A stretch of 60,998 nucleotides of DNA, the filler included, from Actinomycetales bacterium (GTDB lineage Bacteria; Actinomycetota; Actinomycetes; Actinomycetales; CAVURS01), in NCBI GenBank assembly GCA_045807245.1. It is 3 parts of 3 records of this genome, joined end to end, with 100 filler letters (N's around TTAATTAATTAA, not from the genome) between each part and the next. Parts side by side here need not be neighbours in the genome. Positions count along the whole stretch, not along the records: positions 1 to 15,126 come from JBJMHS010000024.1; positions 15,227 to 46,027 come from JBJMHS010000025.1; 1 more part is not named here. One strand, 5' to 3'. Below are positions 8,591 to 18,581 of this stretch, in pieces. Made by a program: the position numbers and the translations under genes. How positions within the stretch are numbered: position 1 is the first letter of the stretch; each line of letters begins with the position of its first letter. The notes beneath the pieces are model-generated. The model saw nothing but the letters and a program-made list of their open reading frames with translations. It made no database searches and was not told the DNA's origin.

Positions 8591-10167
8591 CGGACGAGGC
8601 GACGAAACACCCGCGCCGCAAGGGGTTCGTCCATCAGTCCGCGGTGTCCTCGGGGGCAGCCCTGCTGGCCATGCTGGCCGGCCTGCTGATCGACGTCGCC
8701 CTCGCGCTCCGCTTCGGTGCGGGCCGGGAGTCCGACGCCTTCTTCGTCGCCGCGCGCATCCCGATCGGCACAACGGCGCTGCTCATGACCGTCGCGACTC
8801 AGTCGCTCGTGCCGACGTTCACCCGAGTGCGGGCCCACGGCGGCCAGGAGGCGCTCGGACCGTTCGCATCCAAGGTGTTGACCGCCGTACTGCTCGGCGG
8901 CTTCGCGCTGTGGGCGGTCGCCAGCCTGTTGGCCGGGCCGTTGGTCGCCGTGACCGCGCCCGGCCTGTCGGCGCATGAGCAGCACGTGGCGCAGGGCATG
9001 GTCCCCCTGATGTTCCTCGTCGTGCCGCTGGTCGCGGCCGCGGAGACGGTGCGGGCCGCGCTCAACGCGTCCTTCTCGTTCGTGCTGCCGGCCGGGATGA
9101 ACCTGTTCATGAACGGTCCGACCGCCTCAATCATCTTGGTCAGCGCCGGCGCCGACATCCGCGTCGTTGCGTGGGCCTACGTCGCGGGAGCGACGTGCCA
9201 GCTCGCGGTCGTGCTCGGGGCAGCCTGGCGCCGGCACATCCGGATCAGCCTGTCGCCGCGGCTGCGCGACCCGCTGTTGGGGCAGGCGCTGCGACTGTCC
9301 GGCCGGCCCACGGTCTCCAGCCTGCTCAACCTCGGGAACCGGGTCGCCGAGCAGCTGCTCGCGTCGTTCCTGCCGACGGGGTCGATCACGATCCTGTCCT
9401 ACGGCCAACGGCTGATCTCGGCGCTCGGCGGCGGCGTCTTCTTCCGGCCCGTGACGGTCGCGCTGATGCCTCGGCTGGCCGAGGCCGAGCACCGCGAGCG
9501 CCCGGACCAGGTCGTCGACCTGCTCGCGCGCGGTCTGCGTTTCGTCTTCGCCATCTCGATGGTCCTGACCGCGTTCACCGTCGCGCTGGCCGAACCGGTC
9601 GTGAAGGTCGTGTTCCACCGCGGCAACTTCACGCCGCAGGCGACGCACCTGCTGGGGCTCTCGCTCGCGGTGTACGGCGCGAGCCTGGTCGGGTCCGGGG
9701 TGCAGCGCGTCCTGCTGGCGCCGTTCTACGCTCGGATGGACGCGCGGGTGCCGCTGCGGAACACCTTCTACGGCGTCCTGGTCGACCTGGCGCTGCTCGG
9801 ACCGTGCATCGCGCTCTACGGCGGCGACAGCACACGCGGTGTCCTCGGAGTCGCGCTTGCCTTCTCGGTCACCCAGTACCTGATCGTGGCCCACGCCTGG
9901 TACCGGCTGCGTCGTACCGTGCCGTTGCGCTTGGCAGCTCTGCTTCCCTCCGTGCTCAGGACGACGGCCGTGGCGGTGGTGGCTGCGGCGGGAATGTCCG
10001 TGTTCGTCCGGGCCGCCGACCTCTCCAGCGTCACCGAGAGAACACGTTTGGTTATCCTCACGGTTGCGGCGGGGTCGATCGGTGCGATCATCGTCGGTGT
10101 TCTGGGCGTACTCCTGGCTGGACGCGGCTGGAGGATGAAGCTGCATGACGAGCTCTCTGCTGGATGA
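8587..10167 (+). CDS. murJ: MurJ/MviN-family (MOP) lipid-linked oligosaccharide flippase
   Basis: FGAGRESDAFFVAARIP, LASFLPTGSITILSYGQRL, FHRGNF, PFYARMDARVP; many TM segments; ATGA overlap with the upstream gene. Confidence 0.85.
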   Translation: MTDEATKHPRRKGFVHQSAVSSGAALLAMLAGLLIDVALALRFGAGRESDAFFVAARIPIGTTALLMTVATQSLVPTFTRVRAHGGQEALGPFASKVLTAVLLGGFALWAVASLLAGPLVAVTAPGLSAHEQHVAQGMVPLMFLVVPLVAAAETVRAALNASFSFVLPAGMNLFMNGPTASIILVSAGADIRVVAWAYVAGATCQLAVVLGAAWRRHIRISLSPRLRDPLLGQALRLSGRPTVSSLLNLGNRVAEQLLASFLPTGSITILSYGQRLISALGGGVFFRPVTVALMPRLAEAEHRERPDQVVDLLARGLRFVFAISMVLTAFTVALAEPVVKVVFHRGNFTPQATHLLGLSLAVYGASLVGSGVQRVLLAPFYARMDARVPLRNTFYGVLVDLALLGPCIALYGGDSTRGVLGVALAFSVTQYLIVAHAWYRLRRTVPLRLAALLPSVLRTTAVAVVAAAGMSVFVRAADLSSVTERTRLVILTVAAGSIGAIIVGVLGVLLAGRGWRMKLHDELSAG

Positions 10168-12910
10168 GCGCATCGGCGAAACTCTCGCGACCCGCCGCTA
10201 TCTACCGTTGGTCCTGGGCGCTCCGCTCCTGGTCGCCGTCGCGGTGTCGACGGCGATGCTCGAACAGCGTGGCGTCAGCCGGACCGACCTGACCCTGCCC
10301 GTCGCCGCGGTCTCCTGCATCGGGCTGGTCGCTGTCGCGTTCTACCGGTTCGAGTGGTTCGTGCTCGCCGTCCTGGCCTTGCGGGCAGCAGTCGACGTCA
10401 CCAAGATCGCGCCGTCCGGCAACGTGCTGGCCCAGGTCGTGCCCGGCAGCCAGGCGTCGCCGAGTCCCGGCCCGGCGGCCTCGGCGATCGCGTTGCTGTT
10501 CATCGGCCTCAGCGTCGTGTGGCTCGCGACCGGCCGGCGCGAGCGCTTCCGGCCGACGCTCGCCGACGGTGCGTTCGCGTTCTTCGTCGCCACGTGCGCG
10601 CTGAGCGTCGTCGGCGCGGTCAACCGGTCGGCCGCGTTGAGCGAGACGGCCCGGGTCCTGGCTGCGGTGATGATGTTCGTCGTCCTGACTCGGCTGGTCA
10701 CCTCCCTGGACGCCGTACGACGTGTGCTCGTCGCCTGCTTCCTCGCGCTGGTCGCGCCGCTGGTGGTCGGCTTCAGCCAGGCGGTCAGCGGCCATGGCAC
10801 GTTCGTCACGGACGGCATCAGCCGGGTCGTCGGGACCTTCCTGCACCCGAACACGTTCGGGTTCCTGCTCTCGATGTTCGCGTTGATGGGGATCGGCGTC
10901 TTCCGGCACGTGTCGGTCGCCGCCCAGGGTGCCCTGGCGGTGCTCCTGGGCAGCTGTGTGGTGCTGCTGGTCCTCACCTACTCGCGCGGGTCGTGGGTCG
11001 CGTTCACCGCCGGGCTCATCGTCGTCGCGGTGCTGCAGAGCCGGCGGCTGCTCGTCTGGTTCGCGGCCTGGGCGGTCGTTGCGCTGGTGGCCCTGCCGAC
11101 CGTGGGCGCTCGCCTGCTGAACCTGAGCGCCGGCAGCGGGCCCACCGGCTCGACCGGCAACTCGCTGGTCTGGCGCCTGGACTACTGGCAATCCGTCGTC
11201 CAGCTCAACCATGCAAACCCGGTGACCGGCATCGGCCTGAACGGCACGCGCAGCCTGACCGACGAGAGCAAGGCGCCACACAACGACGCACTGCGGGCGT
11301 TCGTCGAGACCGGTGCGCTCGGGCTGCTCGCCTACATCTGCGTGCTGCTGGCGCTCTGCGCGGTCGCAGCCCGTGCGCTGCGCCGGACCGAGCACGGCCT
11401 GCCGCGCGGTGTGGCGGTCGGTTTCACCGGTGTCCTGGTCGCGTACCTCATCGACTCGATGGGCGACAACCTCATGTCGGAGGTCGTCGTCCTCTGGTAC
11501 CTGTACGCGTTCGCGGCGTGCGCCTTCGCGGTGTCCCGGCTGCACTCGGGGTCCGACCCGGCGCCCGCACCGTGGCTGAGCAAGCGCGGACGGCGGCGCC
11601 GCGCCCGTCGCGCGGGCTACCCCGACGGCACCCGGCTGCGCATCGCGATGGTCGGGCAGCGCGGTCTGCCCGCGACGTACGGCGGGGTGGAGCACCACGT
11701 CCAAGAGCTCGGTGCCCGGCTCGTCGCGCTCGGCCACGAGGTCGTCGTCTACTGCCGTCCGAACTACTCGACCACGCCGATGGACAGCTATCGCGGCATG
11801 GAGCTGCGGCATCTGAACACCCCGGAGAGCAAGCATTTCGAGGCGATCGTGCACAGCGGTGGGGCGACGTTCTCGGCCATGCGCGACAAGGTCGACGTCA
11901 TCCACTACCACGCGCTCGGCCCGGGCCTCGTGTCACCGTTCCCGCGCTGGGGCTCGCGCGCTCGCGTCGTCCAGACCGTGCACGGGTTGGACCACGAACG
12001 TTCCAAGTGGGGCTTCGTCGCATCGCGCGTCCTGCGGCTGGGCTGCTGGCTCAGCGCGCGGGTGCCAGACGCGACCATCGTCGTCTCGAAGTCCCTCGGT
12101 CACTACTACCGCAACGACCATCGGCGGCGTACGACGTACATCCCCAACGGCGTGACGGTGCAGCGGTCGAGCGCGCGACGCACCACGATCCTCCAGGACC
12201 ACGGCCTGATCGCTGGTCAGTACGTGCTGTTCGTCGGCCGGCTGGTGCCGGAGAAGGCGCCCGATCTGCTGGTGCGCGCGTTCCGGCGGCTCGAGCGGCC
12301 CGACGTCAAGCTCGTCATCGCCGGCGGTTCGTCGTTCACGGCGGAGTACGTCGAGATGCTGACCGAGCTGGCCGCGCAGGACGAGCGCGTGGTGATGCCG
12401 GGCTACGTACACGGCGCCGAGCTGGACGACCTGTACCGGCACGCGGCCCTGTTCGTGCTGCCGTCGGACGTCGAGGGGATGCCGCTGACCCTGCTCGAAG
12501 CCGTGTCGCACGGCACCCCGGTGCTGGCGAGTGACATCCCGCCGCACCTGGAGGTGCTGCACCGCGACGGTCCCGGACAGCGCATCTTCCGCCAGCAGGA
12601 CGAGGACGACCTGCTCGTGAAGATGGAGTCGGCGCTGGACCACCCGCGGGTCGAACGGTCGGGCGTCGAGCCGGCCATGGAGGCGTTGCAGGAGCACTAC
12701 AACTGGGACGACGCGGCCCTGGCGCTGGAGCGGCTGTACTTCGCCGCCCTGCGTCGGGAGCCGGTCGGGGACGAGGCGGAGACGCCCGCGGTCGTCGAGC
12801 CGGCCGGACATCCGGTCGGGGCGGCCGGACCGATGCCGCACCAGCGGCCCGCCGACCTCATCGACCTCACTGCCCACGGCGCGCGCACCCGCGCGGCCGG
12901 CTCTGTGTAG
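10145..12910 (+). CDS. O-antigen ligase/Wzy polymerase-family membrane domain fused to a GT4 glycosyltransferase
   Basis: N-half: RVVGTFLHPNTFG, LTYSRGSW, PVTGIG, PHNDALRAFVETGALG. C-half: RIAMVGQRGLPATYGGVE, VGRLVPEK, PSDVEGMPLTLLEA. One continuous ORF. Confidence 0.85.
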   Translation: MTSSLLDERIGETLATRRYLPLVLGAPLLVAVAVSTAMLEQRGVSRTDLTLPVAAVSCIGLVAVAFYRFEWFVLAVLALRAAVDVTKIAPSGNVLAQVVPGSQASPSPGPAASAIALLFIGLSVVWLATGRRERFRPTLADGAFAFFVATCALSVVGAVNRSAALSETARVLAAVMMFVVLTRLVTSLDAVRRVLVACFLALVAPLVVGFSQAVSGHGTFVTDGISRVVGTFLHPNTFGFLLSMFALMGIGVFRHVSVAAQGALAVLLGSCVVLLVLTYSRGSWVAFTAGLIVVAVLQSRRLLVWFAAWAVVALVALPTVGARLLNLSAGSGPTGSTGNSLVWRLDYWQSVVQLNHANPVTGIGLNGTRSLTDESKAPHNDALRAFVETGALGLLAYICVLLALCAVAARALRRTEHGLPRGVAVGFTGVLVAYLIDSMGDNLMSEVVVLWYLYAFAACAFAVSRLHSGSDPAPAPWLSKRGRRRRARRAGYPDGTRLRIAMVGQRGLPATYGGVEHHVQELGARLVALGHEVVVYCRPNYSTTPMDSYRGMELRHLNTPESKHFEAIVHSGGATFSAMRDKVDVIHYHALGPGLVSPFPRWGSRARVVQTVHGLDHERSKWGFVASRVLRLGCWLSARVPDATIVVSKSLGHYYRNDHRRRTTYIPNGVTVQRSSARRTTILQDHGLIAGQYVLFVGRLVPEKAPDLLVRAFRRLERPDVKLVIAGGSSFTAEYVEMLTELAAQDERVVMPGYVHGAELDDLYRHAALFVLPSDVEGMPLTLLEAVSHGTPVLASDIPPHLEVLHRDGPGQRIFRQQDEDDLLVKMESALDHPRVERSGVEPAMEALQEHYNWDDAALALERLYFAALRREPVGDEAETPAVVEPAGHPVGAAGPMPHQRPADLIDLTAHGARTRAAGSV

Positions 12911-12924
12911 ACCGCCCTCGGCAC

Positions 12925-12972
12925 GGCTCTGGACCCGCCTCTGGTCCCGCCTCTGGTCCGGCCTCAGGACCG
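12925..12972 (+). repeat. Four imperfect tandem 12-bp repeats
   Basis: GGCTCTGGACCC GCCTCTGGTCCC GCCTCTGGTCCG GCCTCAGGACCG. Confidence 0.8.
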
Positions 12973-12980
12973 GACTGAAT

Positions 12981-13007
12981 CGATTGGGGGCGGCCGGGCC
13001 GCCTCGG

Positions 13008-13014
<7 letters not shown>
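12981..13014 (+). promoter_or_regulatory. Putative tRNA promoter
   Basis: CGATT upstream element and TATCCT -10 (13009-13014) about 24 nt before the tRNA. Confidence 0.45.
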
Positions 13015-14861
<1,847 letters not shown>

Positions 14862-14871
14862 CGATGCACTC

Positions 14872-15126
14872 CTAGGTGTGATGTCCGGCCAGGTTGTCCA
14901 ACCTGGTGATGGGTGCGGCCTTTCCGATTGCTGAGTGGGGCCGGTGGTGGTTGTACTGGTGGACCCATGCTGGCAGTGCGGCGAGTCTGGCTGACTCGGA
15001 GGTGTAGAGCTTCTTGAAGGCCCAGCCCTCGGCCAGGGTGCGGTGGAAGCGTTCGATCTTGCCGTTGGTCTGGGGCCGGTAGGGCCGCGTTCGCCTGTGG
15101 ATCACTCCGAGCTCGGCGCAGGTGTC
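14872..15126 (-). CDS. IS481-family DDE transposase, C-terminal fragment (contig end)
   Basis: HRRTRPYRPQTNGKIERFHRTL...WVHQYNHHRPHSAIG...PITRLDNLAGHHT, the typical IS481 C-terminus. Confidence 0.9.
   Translation of the reverse strand, partial: DTCAELGVIHRRTRPYRPQTNGKIERFHRTLAEGWAFKKLYTSESARLAALPAWVHQYNHHRPHSAIGKAAPITRLDNLAGHHT
14877..15126 (-). mobile_element. IS481-family insertion sequence, right end
   Basis: Terminus TGTGATGTCCGGCCAGGTTG (TGT end) directly after a CCTAGG hexamer (14871-14876) that matches the NCTAGN target of IS481. Confidence 0.8.
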
Positions 15127-15226
15127 NNNNNNNNNNNNNNNNNNNNNNNNNNNNNNNNNNNNNNNNNNNNTTAATTAATTAANNNNNNNNNNNNNNNNNN
15201 NNNNNNNNNNNNNNNNNNNNNNNNNN
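15127..15226. other. Artificial contig spacer
   Basis: 44 N + TTAATTAATTAA (stops in all frames) + 44 N. Confidence 0.99.
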
Positions 15227-15914
15227 CGCCGCGCGCGACCATGTCCGCCGCGAGGGCCTGGCCGATCGTGCCGCGGTACATCGCGTCCGGGCCCTCGACG
15301 GCGATGACCTCCAGGGCGGCGGCCAGGTCGTCGGAGCGCAGGGTGTCGCCGGTCAGGGCCGGCGTCCCGTCGGGCAGCCGCAGGCCCGCGGCCGACTCGG
15401 GGTCCCAGTCGAAGACGACGCCCCGCGCCACCTCGAGGTAGCTCGACGCGGCCGACCCCAGGGGGTAGCCGTCGCGCGCGACTTCGACGGCGGGTGCCAC
15501 GACCTCGGCCCACGGCGCGACGCCGTACCGCTCATGGGCTAGGCCCAGGCCCGCGATCGCACCCGGCGTCGCGACCGCACCGTGGCCGATCCACAGTCGC
15601 AGCCCACCGCCGTACGCCGTCTCCACCTGGCGCAGGCCGGTGCCGAACCGCTCGGCTGGCAGTCCGCGTCCGGGCATCTCCACGTTGCCGTCGACGGTGA
15701 CCGGGGCGGTGCCGTCACCGGGGTCGACCGTGACGAACGCGCCGCCCGCCACGCTGACGACGCCCGGTTCGGTGACCATCGAGACGAGGACGGCCGCCAG
15801 GGCCGCATCCACCGCGTTGCCGCCCAGGGCGCCGAGACGCAGCCCGGCGTCCGTGGCCAGCCGGCTGGTCGCGGCGACCGCGATGCGCGTGGGTTTGACG
15901 GACCGCGCGGGCAT
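15227..15914 (-). CDS. ggt: Gamma-glutamyltransferase, N-terminal part (continues in 59988-60998)
   Basis: GGNAVDAALAA, EPGVVSVAGG, VATPGAIAGL, GPDAMYRGTIG; 133-nt identity with the window end. Confidence 0.85.
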
Positions 15915-15944
15915 GGCGGCAGTCTGCCGCATGCCCGGGAGGGT

Positions 15945-17360
15945 TCAGCGAGCCCGCAGGGCGGGGACGGCCGCGTTGACGGTCGTGGAGCTGACGCCGC
16001 GACCGCCCCAGTACGGCGAGATGACGGCCGCCGTGACGGTCGAGGACCGGTGCAGCCGGTACGGCCCGACGACGGCCGAGGGGTTCGTCGCGCGGGACGC
16101 CTTGAACGCCGCGATGCCGTGCGGAGTGCCGAGGCCGGTCGGACCGTCCCAGCCGACACCTGCATGGCACAGGACCGCGGTCGCACAGCTGCCCGTGCTG
16201 CCGGACGTCACGTCGTACAGCTTGCTGGGCTGGCTGTAGAGCGACGTGGCGGGCTGCACGCCCCCGGGCTGCTGACCGGCGAGGGCGTACGCCGCCGCAA
16301 TGATCGGCGCTGCGGCGCTGGTGCCGCCGTACACCGCCCAGCCGCCGGTCGCGCCGTAGGTGAAGTAGACGCTGACGCCGGTGCTCGGGTCCGCGACGGC
16401 CGAGATGTCGGTGACGCCGCGCTTGGCGCAGGCCGAGACGACACCCTGCCAGGCCGGCTTCGCCTCGTACGCCGAGCAGCCGCTGCCCGCGCCCGACCAG
16501 GCCGTCTCGCTCCAGCCCCGGGTGTTCGCGGCCGGTGCAAGGCTGGTGCCCCCGACGGCCAGCACGCGGTTCGACGAGGCGGGGTAGATCACGCCGCCGG
16601 CGTACCCGCTGTCGCCGGACGACGCGGCGTAGACGACGCCGCTCGGCAGGAAGTAGGCGTTGTCGAAGTTGGGCGCACTGAAGGTCTCGGTGCCGCCCCA
16701 GCTCATCGAGACGAACTTCGCGCCCATGGTGTTGGCCCGGCCCACCGCCACCAGCATGTTGACGCTGGAGTCGTTGGCCTCGACCAGGGTGATGTGGCAC
16801 GCCGGGCAGACCGCGGAGACCATGTCGAGGTCGAGCGCCATCTCGCCGGACCAGCCCTGGTTGTTGGTCGGCAGGGGGCTGGTCGCGCCGTTCTGGTTGA
16901 CCTTGCGGAAGCAGCCGTTGGCGGTCGTGCACGGTGGCAGCCCGAACTGCGAGCGGTAGACCGCGAGGTCGGCCTCGGCGGTCGGGTAGTTGTAGGCGTC
17001 CACGATGTACACCGTCTGGCCCGCGCCGGCCGTTGCCGAGGGGAGCCCGTACGCCGCCGTCAGGTCGCCGGGATGGAGGCCGGCCGGACCGGCCAGGGCG
17101 CTGAACGACGCCTGGCCGCTGCTCTGGCGAGCGGGGACGGCCGGGACGTCCGTGCGCCGCAGGGCGAAGCAGCTGTAGTGGCCGGGCGTGGTGGCGACGT
17201 TGCACAGCCGCGCCGAGGCGGCCTTGGCCTGCGCGGGAGCGACCCGCACGTGGCTGCCGCTCGCCGTGGTCGACGCGAGAGCAGGTGCTGCGGTCATGGC
17301 GGCGACGGTCGTCGCGACCAGGATGCAGACCAGCCGGGTTGCCGTCCGTGGCACGGGCAT
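15945..17360 (-). CDS. Secreted S53/S8-type (sedolisin-like) serine peptidase
   Basis: Signal peptide, IVDAY, EMALDLD (ExxxD), SSGDSG, DISAVADP, GGTSAAAP catalytic Ser, GWDGPTGLGTP. Confidence 0.88.
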   Translation of the reverse strand: MPVPRTATRLVCILVATTVAAMTAAPALASTTASGSHVRVAPAQAKAASARLCNVATTPGHYSCFALRRTDVPAVPARQSSGQASFSALAGPAGLHPGDLTAAYGLPSATAGAGQTVYIVDAYNYPTAEADLAVYRSQFGLPPCTTANGCFRKVNQNGATSPLPTNNQGWSGEMALDLDMVSAVCPACHITLVEANDSSVNMLVAVGRANTMGAKFVSMSWGGTETFSAPNFDNAYFLPSGVVYAASSGDSGYAGGVIYPASSNRVLAVGGTSLAPAANTRGWSETAWSGAGSGCSAYEAKPAWQGVVSACAKRGVTDISAVADPSTGVSVYFTYGATGGWAVYGGTSAAAPIIAAAYALAGQQPGGVQPATSLYSQPSKLYDVTSGSTGSCATAVLCHAGVGWDGPTGLGTPHGIAAFKASRATNPSAVVGPYRLHRSSTVTAAVISPYWGGRGVSSTTVNAAVPALRAR

Positions 17361-17413
17361 GGTCGATGTCTCCCGAAGGGTGGTGGGGCTCTCCACTGAG
17401 ACTACGGCAGCGT

Positions 17414-17429
17414 GTAGTCAATTGATTAC
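17414..17429. promoter_or_regulatory. AT-rich near-palindrome upstream of the peptidase (possible operator)
   Basis: GTAGTCAATTGATTAC, 14 of 16 positions self-complementary. Confidence 0.4.
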
Positions 17430-17807
17430 TCAGGGTCACCCATGTGGCAGCGCCATGTCATAGGCCGTGTGGGTGGCTCGCGGCCTCGTTCAGAGTGACG
17501 CGCGCTGGTTCTCCACGATTGAGAGCCGCCCAACATGCACAAGAGCACCGACCGTTGCGTTTGCCGCCGCGTGGAGGCGATTGCGCCTGTCCGTTGGCGC
17601 CAGTACTGGGGAGGGCTTCTTCCTCGCCACTGACTTCAAAGTCAAACCCCCTCACCGGATTCACCTCAGAGCGCTGAGGCAGCCACCACGGTGATGTTCA
17701 TCGCCCTCAATGCGGAGCCACCACTCCGGGCGGAACTCATCGCCGCGGCTGGTACGTCATGCACCACCACGCTGCTTGGCCGCGGGTGTGGGGGAGGGAA
17801 GTAGAGC

Positions 17808-18572
17808 TCAGAACAAGCGGCCGCCGGCGTCGTCTTGGCCCCGCATCGCGTCGTAGTCCAGCACCAGGCAGCTGATGCCCCTGTCCTCCGCGAGCACCCT
17901 GGCCTGCGGAGCGATGGTCTGAGCCGCCAGCACGCCCCGTACGGGCTTGAGCGCCGGGTCGCGGTTGAGCAGCTCCAGGTACCGCGAGAGCTGTTCTACG
18001 GCGTCGATACCGGCCTTGCGCTTGATCTCCACAGCCACGTGCCTAGCGACTGGTGGGGGGCACTCGACCCCGTCGATCTCGCCCCGTCGCTTGATCTCGA
18101 CCGCGACGCTGACGCCGGCCGCGTCGCGGGCCAGGATGTCCACCGGCCCGATCGCCGTCATGTACTCGCGGCGCACGAGGGTGTGGCCGGCACCGAGCAG
18201 GTCGATCTGCTCGGCGAGCAGCCGCTGCAAGTGAGCCTCGACGCCGTCCTTGACCAGGCCCGGGTCCACGCCCATCTCGTGCGAGCTGTCCTGGAGCACC
18301 TCGTGCAGCCTCACGACCAGCCGGTCGTCGCTCTTGGTGTGCTGCACCGTCCAGACCCGGATCACGCCGGAGTCCGCATCCGTGGGGTCGGGCTCGCTCT
18401 CGACCAGCGTGCACGGCGGGCTCATCCAGTTGAGCGGTTTGTAGGACCCGCCGTCGCTGTGCACCAGCACGCTGCCGTCGGCCTTCACGAGGAGCAGCCG
18501 GGTCGCGAGCGGCAGGTGCGCGGTCAGCCGGCCGTCGTAGTCCACGCTGCAGCGGGCGATCACCAGGCGCAC
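17808..18572 (-). CDS. nucS: Mismatch-specific endonuclease NucS/EndoMS with a 23-aa in-frame insertion
   Basis: [75 protein letters not shown] (twice), EQLSRY. Confidence 0.95.
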   Translation of the reverse strand: MRLVIARCSVDYDGRLTAHLPLATRLLLVKADGSVLVHSDGGSYKPLNWMSPPCTLVESEPDPTDADSGVIRVWTVQHTKSDDRLVVRLHEVLQDSSHEMGVDPGLVKDGVEAHLQRLLAEQIDLLGAGHTLVRREYMTAIGPVDILARDAAGVSVAVEIKRRGEIDGVECPPPVARHVAVEIKRKAGIDAVEQLSRYLELLNRDPALKPVRGVLAAQTIAPQARVLAEDRGISCLVLDYDAMRGQDDAGGRLF

Positions 18573-18581
18573 CGGTGCACC

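Noticed and set aside
12925..12972. Possible CRISPR array
   Set aside because: Units are 12 bp and contiguous with no spacers, and there are no cas genes in the window.
15127..15226. TTAATTAATTAA palindrome within N runs (also at 46028-46127)
   Set aside because: Identical 100-nt artificial linker used to concatenate contigs; adjacency across it is not biological.
15227..15359. 133-bp direct repeat with 60866-60998 as possible att sites or a ggt duplication
   Set aside because: Both copies lie at contig or window ends and complete a single ORF; assembly overlap is the simpler explanation.
17458..17694. Short ORFs of 68-77 aa on both strands
   Set aside because: No host codon bias, convincing start signals or recognisable motifs; not called as genes.
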